From an uncultured Vicingus sp. (lineage in GTDB: Bacteria > Bacteroidota > Bacteroidia > Flavobacteriales_E > Vicingaceae), in the NCBI GenBank assembly GCA_964360245.1, contig CAYHWX010000003.1, positions 2,307-66,306 of the forward strand: 64,000 nucleotides of DNA, read 5' to 3'. Each line of letters starts with the position of its first letter. The first letter of the stretch is position 1. The position numbers were made by a program, and so were the translations under genes. Shown one piece after another: positions 45,381 through 53,496 of this stretch. Below the pieces are notes generated by a model. It did not search any database and was not told where the DNA came from. It saw only the letters and a program-made list of their open reading frames with translations.

Positions 45381-47399
45381 ATGGCTTATCAATTCAAAAA
45401 TTTAAACATCAACAAACTAACTGTTATTGGTGCCGGTCAAATTGGACCAGACATTTGTTTACACTTTGCAAAAGTGTTTGTAAAAAACAATGTTGAATTT
45501 GTAATTATCGATATTTCTCCAGAAGCATTGGCGAATGCTAAGGCAAAAATTGAAAAGAAAATTAGTAAAGGCGTTGAAACAGGAGCTTTTAAAGCCGATG
45601 TGGCTGAAATGATGAACAAAAGTATTACGTATTCATCGGATTACAATTTAATAAAAGGATCTGGAATTGTGTTAGAAGCAGCAACCGAAGATGGCAGAAT
45701 TAAAGACCTTATTTTTAAACAAGTTGAAGCGTTGACAGACGATTCTTGTTTGTTTTTGTCTAATTCTTCACACATGACACCTGAAGTTATTTTTAGAAAC
45801 ATTGCTAACAAAAAAAGATGTTTAGTTACACATTATTTTTTCCCTGCAGATAGAAATCCTATTGTAGAAGTAGTTCCTGGAAAAGATACCAACCCTCAAA
45901 TTACAGCAGACTTAATGGTTTTTTATGAAGTAATTGGTAAAGTGCCTATTGAAGTAAAGAGTTCTTATGGTTATGCAATTGATCCTATTTTTGAAGGATT
46001 GTGTGAATTGGCAGTTCTTTGTTTAGAGAAAGGTTATGGCACCATTAAGGAAATTGATAAAATGGCTCAAAAAAATCTGCGACAAGGTGTTGGACCATTT
46101 ACTGCTTTAAATTTAACTGGTGGTAATCCAATTACTGATCATGGATTAACTGAATTACATGAAACACATATACCATGGTTTAGATCTCCCAAAACTTTAA
46201 AAGAAGCTGTAGCAAATGGAACATTATGGGAAACAGCAAAAAGAGGTGAAGAAGTAGTTGTTGACCCAGCCAAAGCCGAAGTGTTAAGAAAACAGCTTTT
46301 GGGAGGATATTTTGCGTTGACTTGCCATATCCTAGATTTGGGAATAACAAACGTTAATGATTTAGATATGGCAGCAGAAATTGCTTTGGCAATGGCTGCA
46401 CCATTTACATTAATGAATAAAATTGGAATTGACGAAGCTCATGCAATAGTTAAAGAATGGTGCCAAGAACACACAGAATTTCCTTTTCCAAAATCATTAG
46501 ATAAAGCTAGATCTGATGGTGGATGGACAGTTTCAAGAATAGTAGCGAAGAATAAGGAAGGCATTGCTGTATTAACTATTAGAAGACCACAAGTGTTAAA
46601 CGCTTTAAATATTGCTGTATTAAAGGAATTAAAAGTTGAAATAGAAAAAGCAGAAAAAGACACCAACATTAAAGGTATAGTTATAACAGGATTTGGAACA
46701 AAAGCATTTGTTTCTGGAGCCGATATAAACATGTTGGCTGCTTTAAAAACTCCAGAAGAAGGATATAATAATTCTCATACTTTTCAGCAGTTAATAAATA
46801 CTATAGAAGATTGTAAAAAACCAACTGTTTGTGCCTTAAATGGATTTGCTTTTGGCGGTGGAAACGAATTGGCAATTACTTGCACTGCCAGGGTTGCTAA
46901 AAAAGGATTGCCAGTTGTAGCTTGTCAGCCCGAAGCTAACTTAGGGTTTATTCCGGGTTCTGGAGGTACACAGCGTTTACCACGATTAGTTGGGGTTGAT
47001 ATTGCTGCAGAAATACTTCGAACAGCTCGCCCAGTATCTGGAAAAGAGGCTCTAGAAATAGGTTTAATTGATCTAGAAATTGAAGGAGACTTAATTGAAG
47101 GTGCCGTTGAATACACTAAAAAATTAATAAAAGGTGAAATTCAACCTCGCAAATTCGTAACTACTGGAACCAAAGAGAGTTTATCACCAAAAGAAATTAA
47201 TATCGGTCATTTGAGTAAAAAAATTGACCACATCATGAATAAAGCGATTTACGACGGAATTAAACTTCCATTAAACGAGGCGTTGGAGTTGGAATCAAAA
47301 CTTTTTGGCGAATGTATTTTAACCGATGACATGAAAATTGGCTTGAATAATTTTTTAACCAACGGACCAAGAGCTAAAGCAGAATTTAAACATAAATAG
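45381..47399 (+). CDS. bifunctional 3-hydroxyacyl-CoA dehydrogenase (N-terminal) / enoyl-CoA hydratase (C-terminal)
   Basis: N-terminal Rossmann LTVIGAGQIGPDI. C-terminal crotonase motifs FVSGADI and NGFAFGGGNELA. The domain order is reversed relative to FadB. Confidence 0.8.
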   Translation: MAYQFKNLNINKLTVIGAGQIGPDICLHFAKVFVKNNVEFVIIDISPEALANAKAKIEKKISKGVETGAFKADVAEMMNKSITYSSDYNLIKGSGIVLEAATEDGRIKDLIFKQVEALTDDSCLFLSNSSHMTPEVIFRNIANKKRCLVTHYFFPADRNPIVEVVPGKDTNPQITADLMVFYEVIGKVPIEVKSSYGYAIDPIFEGLCELAVLCLEKGYGTIKEIDKMAQKNLRQGVGPFTALNLTGGNPITDHGLTELHETHIPWFRSPKTLKEAVANGTLWETAKRGEEVVVDPAKAEVLRKQLLGGYFALTCHILDLGITNVNDLDMAAEIALAMAAPFTLMNKIGIDEAHAIVKEWCQEHTEFPFPKSLDKARSDGGWTVSRIVAKNKEGIAVLTIRRPQVLNALNIAVLKELKVEIEKAEKDTNIKGIVITGFGTKAFVSGADINMLAALKTPEEGYNNSHTFQQLINTIEDCKKPTVCALNGFAFGGGNELAITCTARVAKKGLPVVACQPEANLGFIPGSGGTQRLPRLVGVDIAAEILRTARPVSGKEALEIGLIDLEIEGDLIEGAVEYTKKLIKGEIQPRKFVTTGTKESLSPKEINIGHLSKKIDHIMNKAIYDGIKLPLNEALELESKLFGECILTDDMKIGLNNFLTNGPRAKAEFKHK

Positions 47400-47401
47400 T
47401 T

Positions 47402-47494
47402 GGAAGATGGGAGTCGGAAGACCGAAGATGGGAGTTGGAGGGGTGAGTGAAAGGGGCAATGGCAAAAAAACTTTGCGTCTTTGCGTCTTTGCGA
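47402..47494 (+). repeat. composite low-complexity spacer: 21-nt-period purine repeat plus three tandem CTTTGCG(T/A) octamers
   Basis: GAAGATGGGAGT occurs at 47403-47414 and again at 47424-47435. CTTTGCGT CTTTGCGT CTTTGCGA lies at 47471-47494, followed by AAACTCTAAAC at 47511-47521. Confidence 0.8.
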
Positions 47495-47528
47495 GAAAAT
47501 AATTAGCTAGAAACTCTAAACTAAACAG

Positions 47529-49685
47529 ATGAAATACAAAATTGGCATAGATGTAGGAGGAACCTTTACCGACTTTTTTTTAGTCGCTGATAATGGGGAT
47601 TCGTTAATTCATAAAACGCTTTCTACCCCTCAAGATTCTTCAGAAGGATTTATTACCGGGTTAAAGGAAATGGCAGAGAAGCTAAATTTGCCGGTTGCTG
47701 AGTTTATTGACAACATCGATACCATTGTTCATGGAACTACTGTGGCCACCAATGCATTATTGACGTTAGGCGGAGCAAAAACTGCTTTAATTACCACTAA
47801 AGGGTTTAGAGATGCGTTAGAAATGCGAAGAGGTATTCGCGAAGAACGATATGATAATCATTACAAAAACGTAACACCTTTAGTTCCCAGATATTTACGA
47901 TACACAATAAATGAAAGAGTTGATGCGATTGGAACTATTTTACACTCAATTGATTTTACTGAATTAGATGCTATCGTTTCAAAAATAAAAGAGGAAGACG
48001 TAAAAGCAGTTGCCATCTGTTTTATGAATTCTTATTTGAACAGTGAAAATGAAAAAATAGCCACTGAATATCTTAGAAAAGCATTACCAAACACTTATAT
48101 TTCTGCATCTTATGAAGTTTTGCCATCTGTTCGTTTTTACGAAAGGGTTAGTACTACCGTAGTAAATGCATACATTGGTGTAGTAGTAGATTCCTATTTA
48201 AAATCATTATTAGCAAAACTCAAAAAACTCAATTTCAACGGTAAATTGATGATTATGCAATCGAACGGAGGCGTTGTAACTCCCGAAATTGCAGGTAAAA
48301 TTGCTGCCGTAGCCGTTCTTTCCGGTCCTGCTGCTGCACCTATTGCTGGTGCATATTATGCCAATTTATTGGGATATGATAATTGCATTACCATGGATAT
48401 GGGAGGCACCAGTTTTGATGCTTCTTTGGTGGTAAACAAACAGTGTGTTACCAGTACCTATGCCGATATTGATAGATACCGAGTGGCATTACCCACATTA
48501 GATATTATTACCATTGGTGCAGGTGGAGGAAGTATTGGATGGGTGGACAATGGAGGATTATTGCAAATGGGACCCAAAAGTGCAGGTTCTTTACCCGGAC
48601 CAATTTCATACCATAGAGGTGGTGAAAAACCTACTTGTACTGATGCTGATTTAATACTTGGATATCTAGACCCCAATTTTTTTGCCGGAGGTAAGTATAA
48701 ACTGAACAAAGAAAAAACAATAGAAGTAACAGAAAAAAGCCTAGGAAAAAATCTTGGTTTAAATGCTGTAGAAGTTGCTGCAGGAATGTACCGTGTCATC
48801 AACATGAACATGGCTCAAGGTGTTCGTCAGGTTTCGGTAGAAAGAGGTTACGACCCAAGAGAATTTTTAATGATTTGTGCAGGAGGAGCAGGTTCAATTC
48901 ATGCAGGTGAAATTTGTCGTGAGTTAGAAATACCAATGTTTGTTGTTCCAAGTGTAGCACCAATTTTTTGTGCAGCGGGCATGTTGTTAGGCGATTTAAA
49001 ACACGATTATGTTCGGTCGTACATGACAAAATTCTCTGGTTTAGATAAAGTTGCTTTCTTGAAATTGTACGATGAAATGAAAGCTGAATCTGTCAAAACA
49101 TTGATTGCTGAAGGAATTACAGAAGATAAAATCCAATTTATACCATCATTAGATTTAAGGTACATTGGTCAATACCACGAAGTTCCTTTAGAAGTTTCGA
49201 TGGACGATGTTTATGGTTTTAATCTGGAAGCCATAAAAAATGCGTTCCATAAAGAACACAGTCGTCAATTTGGTTATGATTTAAAAGTAGAAGGCACAGA
49301 ATTAGAAGTCATTAACATTCGATTTAGGGCAGTTGGCATAACTGAAAAACCACATTCATTATCTGGGAACATCACAAAAGGAGCTAATACATTACAAGAA
49401 GCTTTGAAAGGAAGAAGAATGGCTTATGTACCCGAAAAAAATGAAATGCAGGAAGTTCCTGTTTACGATGGTGACATCTTAAACAGCAATTTTAAAATAA
49501 ATGGGCCAGCCATTATCGAACAAGTAAATACCACTGTTTTTTTAGGCGAAAACTATAACTGCGAAACAGGAATTGGAGGTGCATTTATTGTTTATAACAA
49601 AATTTTAATGCCTGATGGGTTTAAAAAGTTTAAAGTTTCGAGTTCAGAGTTAAAGAAACTCGAAACTTTAAACACGAAACTCTAA
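47529..49685 (+). CDS. hydantoinase/oxoprolinase family protein, A-type (HyuA-like)
   Basis: N-terminus KIGIDVGGTFTDFF and the internal motif MDMGGTSFD. 718 aa. Confidence 0.85.
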   Translation: MKYKIGIDVGGTFTDFFLVADNGDSLIHKTLSTPQDSSEGFITGLKEMAEKLNLPVAEFIDNIDTIVHGTTVATNALLTLGGAKTALITTKGFRDALEMRRGIREERYDNHYKNVTPLVPRYLRYTINERVDAIGTILHSIDFTELDAIVSKIKEEDVKAVAICFMNSYLNSENEKIATEYLRKALPNTYISASYEVLPSVRFYERVSTTVVNAYIGVVVDSYLKSLLAKLKKLNFNGKLMIMQSNGGVVTPEIAGKIAAVAVLSGPAAAPIAGAYYANLLGYDNCITMDMGGTSFDASLVVNKQCVTSTYADIDRYRVALPTLDIITIGAGGGSIGWVDNGGLLQMGPKSAGSLPGPISYHRGGEKPTCTDADLILGYLDPNFFAGGKYKLNKEKTIEVTEKSLGKNLGLNAVEVAAGMYRVINMNMAQGVRQVSVERGYDPREFLMICAGGAGSIHAGEICRELEIPMFVVPSVAPIFCAAGMLLGDLKHDYVRSYMTKFSGLDKVAFLKLYDEMKAESVKTLIAEGITEDKIQFIPSLDLRYIGQYHEVPLEVSMDDVYGFNLEAIKNAFHKEHSRQFGYDLKVEGTELEVINIRFRAVGITEKPHSLSGNITKGANTLQEALKGRRMAYVPEKNEMQEVPVYDGDILNSNFKINGPAIIEQVNTTVFLGENYNCETGIGGAFIVYNKILMPDGFKKFKVSSSELKKLETLNTKL
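49628..49673 (+). repeat. perfect 17-bp inverted repeat (hairpin) at the 3' end of the HyuA-like gene
   Basis: GTTTAAAGTTTCGAGTT (49628-49644) is the exact reverse complement of AACTCGAAACTTTAAAC (49657-49673). The loop is 12 nt. Confidence 0.9.
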
Positions 49686-49696
49686 ACTAAAAACTG
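49656..49696 (+). repeat. 7-nt-phased AAAC-NNN array (6 units) running into the next start codon
   Basis: AAACTCG AAACTTT AAACACG AAACTCT AAACTAA AAACTG, then the ATG at 49697. Confidence 0.85.
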
Positions 49697-51373
49697 ATGA
49701 TAAAAATTGATAAAATATTATTGAGCATCTTTCAACGAGCGTTTAAATCGATAACCGATGAAATGAGTATTTCATTAACAAAAACGACACGCTCACCAAT
49801 TTTGTGCGAAGCAAAAGATTTCGTTACAGGATTATATGATGCTGAAGGAAATATGTTGGAACAAACCGAGAACCTTCCAATTTTGAGTTTTTCATTAGGA
49901 CCCGTTTGTAAAGTTATTTTAGACCAATACGGCGAAAATATTTTCGAAGGAGATGTTATTATTCACAACGATGTATTCTCTATGGGCAATCAAAATAACG
50001 ATGTGGCTATTTTCAAACCCATTTTTTGTGAAGGAACATTAATCGGTTGGTCGGCTGCAAAAGGTCACCAAGCAGATATTGGTGGGGCTGTTCAGGGAGG
50101 ATACAATCCAAATGCCACAGAAGTTTGGCAAGAAGCTTTAAGAATTCCAGCTGTTAAATTATATGAAAAAGGAAAATTTAGGGAAGATGTTTGGAACTTG
50201 ATTTTCGCCAACATAAGGCTAACCATGGTTCAGGAAGATATTAAAGCACAAATTGGAGCTTGTAGTTTAGGCGAAAGAAGGCTAAATGCATTAGTTAGTA
50301 AATACGGAATAGCTTGTTACAAAGCTCACAAAAAAGAACTTTTTAACAGCACCGAAACCATGATGCGAGCAGAAATTGCTTCAGTACCCAACGGAAAATA
50401 CGAAGGCAGTAGCATGGTTTATTACGACGGAAAACATCCGGGTTCAACCTTTGAAATAAAAGCCATCATCACTGTTAAAGATGAAGAAATTATTTTTGAT
50501 TTTTCTGAAAGTTCTCCTCAAACCAATGGCTTTGTAAATGGAACTTATACATCTTCTTGCTCAGCAATTACCTTAACATTTTTGCAAATGGTTAATCCCA
50601 ACATTCCTCATAATCAAGGTATGATTCGACCACTAACGTATATCGTGCCCGAAGGAACTATTTTAAATGCTTCCTATCCTAAAGCAACAACTTTTGGAAA
50701 TCACTTATGTCCACAAGTTGCCGATTCAATTTTTAAAGCATTGGGTCCTGCCATGCCAGGGAGAGTTACTGCCGGTTGGAATCATTTATTATGTTCGTTG
50801 TTTACTGGCGACCATCCTAGAACCAAAGAGAAATATGTTGACATCTGTTTTATGGGATTAAAAGGAGGTTCCGGAGCTTTATCAGGAGATGATGGTTACG
50901 ACCATATTGGTATGATTGACGCTTCCGGCGGGTTATTAGACCAAGATTATGAAATGTATGAACAACAAACTCCACATTTAATTTTAAAACACGAATACCT
51001 CACCAATTCAGGAGGTGTAGGAAAATGGAGAGGAGGATTAGGGATTGAAACCGTTATAAAAATGGGTGGAGATAATACAAAAATGGTAGTGTTTGGCGAT
51101 GGCGATGTAGAACCAAATTATGGTCTTTTTGGAGGAAAAGGAAGTGTTTTAAACAGCATCACATTAACTTATCCTGATGGAAAAAATCACATTCCAAAAA
51201 GTAAAGATATCGTTGAAGGAATTCCTGACGGTACAATATATAAACAGGTTGCAGGTGGTGGTGGTGGATACGGAAACCCTAAGGAAAGAGATAGAGCAGC
51301 TGTGAAATGGGATTTAAGAAATGAAGTGATTACAAAAGAACAAGCGATTAATGAATATGGATTATTGAAATAG
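49697..51373 (+). CDS. hydantoinase B/oxoprolinase family protein (HyuB-like)
   Basis: FQRAFKSITDEMSISLTKTTRSPILCEAKDF is typical of HyuB N-termini. 558 aa, paired with the A-type gene. Confidence 0.85.
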   Translation: MIKIDKILLSIFQRAFKSITDEMSISLTKTTRSPILCEAKDFVTGLYDAEGNMLEQTENLPILSFSLGPVCKVILDQYGENIFEGDVIIHNDVFSMGNQNNDVAIFKPIFCEGTLIGWSAAKGHQADIGGAVQGGYNPNATEVWQEALRIPAVKLYEKGKFREDVWNLIFANIRLTMVQEDIKAQIGACSLGERRLNALVSKYGIACYKAHKKELFNSTETMMRAEIASVPNGKYEGSSMVYYDGKHPGSTFEIKAIITVKDEEIIFDFSESSPQTNGFVNGTYTSSCSAITLTFLQMVNPNIPHNQGMIRPLTYIVPEGTILNASYPKATTFGNHLCPQVADSIFKALGPAMPGRVTAGWNHLLCSLFTGDHPRTKEKYVDICFMGLKGGSGALSGDDGYDHIGMIDASGGLLDQDYEMYEQQTPHLILKHEYLTNSGGVGKWRGGLGIETVIKMGGDNTKMVVFGDGDVEPNYGLFGGKGSVLNSITLTYPDGKNHIPKSKDIVEGIPDGTIYKQVAGGGGGYGNPKERDRAAVKWDLRNEVITKEQAINEYGLLK

Positions 51374-51413
51374 AACACAGGTGCAGATGATTATAATTAA
51401 ATATGAAAATTTT

Positions 51414-52976
51414 ATGAGAAGACTAATAATAAATCTTTTTTGCCTCATCTCAATTACTTCAATGGCACAAACTACCTTTCAAAAAACTTATTTAAGCGTA
51501 GATTATGATTATTCTTATGCCAGAGAAATTATTCAGACATCTGATGGGGGATATGCAACAATTGGTGAGACAACATATCCTGTTACTTATGATAGTGATG
51601 TGCTACTTCACAAATTTGACTTAAACGGAAATTTAATGTGGACTAAAACTTATGGAGGTACGCTTGACGAATATGGAGAAAGTGTTCAGCAAACTTCTGA
51701 TGGAGGATATATTATTTCAGGGTTTAAAGGAGGGATTCTGTCAGGTGATGATTTTTTCATTATCAAAACAAATAGTATTGGGGATACAATATGGACTAAA
51801 ATAATTGGTGGCGCTTCATCAAGCGGTGAATGGTCATACTCGATAATTGAGACCTCAACTGGTGATTTTGTTGCTTGTGGTTATACATACAGTTATGGGC
51901 AAGGAAGTTCTGATATATATGTGATAAAATTAAATTCATTAGGAACAATACAATGGTCAAAAACCTACGGAGATATTGATTCAGATAATGGAAATCAAAT
52001 TAGAGAAACCTCAGATGGTGGTTATATTATTACAGGCGATTCTGAAAACTCTACAAATTATAAAGATGATGCATTTCTGTTAAAGATTGATGTAAATGGA
52101 ACTTTACTTTGGAATAAAACTTACGGTACATTTGCTGAAGATGATAGAGTTAGTGCATTATATCAGTTACCTGCACCTGACAATGGTTTTGTGATTGTTG
52201 GAGAAACAACTAGTTCAGGGGCAACTAATGATTTTTATGTGGTGAGAACAAATGCTGCAGGTGTTGAACAATGGTCTTATGCTTATGATGGAGGAGGAAC
52301 AGACTATGCAGATGCTGTATGTTCTAATGGGAGTGGTGGGTTTATTATTTCTGGGTCAACATATAGTTTTGGTGGTGATGATGCTCTTCTTGTAAATATT
52401 GATGCTAATGGAAATGTAGTATGGAGTAAAATATATGGAATTCCGGGAGCAGCTTATGCTAGAAGTGTTATTCAAACTGCTGATGGCGGATTTGCATTTT
52501 CTGGTGAAGTAAGTGATAATGTTTTCATTGTTAAAATGGATGCTTCCGGAAATAGTGGTTGCAATCAAAACAATGTAACAGTTACTAAATCAGCAATTTC
52601 AAATGTTTCTAATTCTACTTTTGTTGCTGGAAATGGTGGTGTTGAATATAATGGAACTATAGATCTCCATACTCGTTCAGTTAGTCAAACAATTATTTGT
52701 GTAAATGTATCTGTAAACGAAATCGCTAAAGATGCAAATATCAATATTTATCCAAATCCTTTTTCTGTTTCTACAACTGTTAAATTTTTAAATTTTACTG
52801 GGGATATTTATCGATTAGATCTTTTCGATTTTACTGGAAAACTTGTTCATTCAATTACAGATGTAAAAGATAATCGAGTAATACTAAGTAGAGAGAACAT
52901 AAATAGTGGAATATATTTAATACAATTGAAAGATAATAATGGATTGGTTTATTCGAAAAAAGTGATTATTGAATAA
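51414..52976 (+). CDS. secreted repeat protein with T9SS C-terminal sorting domain
   Basis: Signal peptide MRRLIINLFCLISITSMAQ (ATG at 51414). About seven repeats of roughly 50 aa are built around (T/S)(S/A)DGG(Y/F). The C-terminal NIYPNPF...IYLIQL...KKVIIE is the type A sorting-domain pattern. Confidence 0.75.
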   Translation: MRRLIINLFCLISITSMAQTTFQKTYLSVDYDYSYAREIIQTSDGGYATIGETTYPVTYDSDVLLHKFDLNGNLMWTKTYGGTLDEYGESVQQTSDGGYIISGFKGGILSGDDFFIIKTNSIGDTIWTKIIGGASSSGEWSYSIIETSTGDFVACGYTYSYGQGSSDIYVIKLNSLGTIQWSKTYGDIDSDNGNQIRETSDGGYIITGDSENSTNYKDDAFLLKIDVNGTLLWNKTYGTFAEDDRVSALYQLPAPDNGFVIVGETTSSGATNDFYVVRTNAAGVEQWSYAYDGGGTDYADAVCSNGSGGFIISGSTYSFGGDDALLVNIDANGNVVWSKIYGIPGAAYARSVIQTADGGFAFSGEVSDNVFIVKMDASGNSGCNQNNVTVTKSAISNVSNSTFVAGNGGVEYNGTIDLHTRSVSQTIICVNVSVNEIAKDANINIYPNPFSVSTTVKFLNFTGDIYRLDLFDFTGKLVHSITDVKDNRVILSRENINSGIYLIQLKDNNGLVYSKKVIIE

Positions 52977-53005
52977 ACTTCTAAACGCATAAACTCTATA
53001 CTAAA

Positions 53006-53410
53006 ATGAATACACACGAAACAATATTACCCGAAGGTTGGTCAACTCCTAAAGGATATGCGAATGGAATATTAGCTGCAAAAGGAAGAACGTTGTTTTT
53101 AGCCGGACAAGTTGGATGGTCTCCCGAAGAGAAATTTGCAAGTGAGAAATTGGTTCCTCAATTTGAACAAGCGTTAAAAAATATTGTTGCTATTGTTGAA
53201 AAAGCAGGAGGAAAACCTACAGACATCTGCAAAATGACCTGTTTCTGTAAAGATAGAACTCAATATTTAGCAACTAGAAGTGAGCTTGGTACAATATGGA
53301 AAAATATTATGGGAAAACATTATCCATGCATGAGTATGATTTTCGTAGTGGATTTACTAGACCATCCGGCATTAATAGAAATCGAAGCAACAGCAGTTAT
53401 TGCTGATTAG
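53006..53410 (+). CDS. RidA/YjgF/UK114 family protein
   Basis: 134 aa with YANGILAAKGRTLFLAGQVG and C-terminal LIEIEATAV. Confidence 0.75.
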   Translation: MNTHETILPEGWSTPKGYANGILAAKGRTLFLAGQVGWSPEEKFASEKLVPQFEQALKNIVAIVEKAGGKPTDICKMTCFCKDRTQYLATRSELGTIWKNIMGKHYPCMSMIFVVDLLDHPALIEIEATAVIAD

Positions 53411-53457
53411 TTAAGAGTTTAAAGTTATGGCAATAGTTAAAAAATTTGAATTAGACA

Positions 53458-53492
53458 AAACTCGAAACAGTAAACTCAAAACTCTAAACTAG
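53458..53492 (+). repeat. 7-nt-phased AAAC-NNN array (5 units) upstream of the acyl-CoA dehydrogenase gene
   Basis: AAACTCG AAACAGT AAACTCA AAACTCT AAACTAG. An inverted GTTT-phased fragment (GAGTTTAAAGTT) lies at 53415-53426. Confidence 0.8.
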
Positions 53493-53496
53493 TAAA

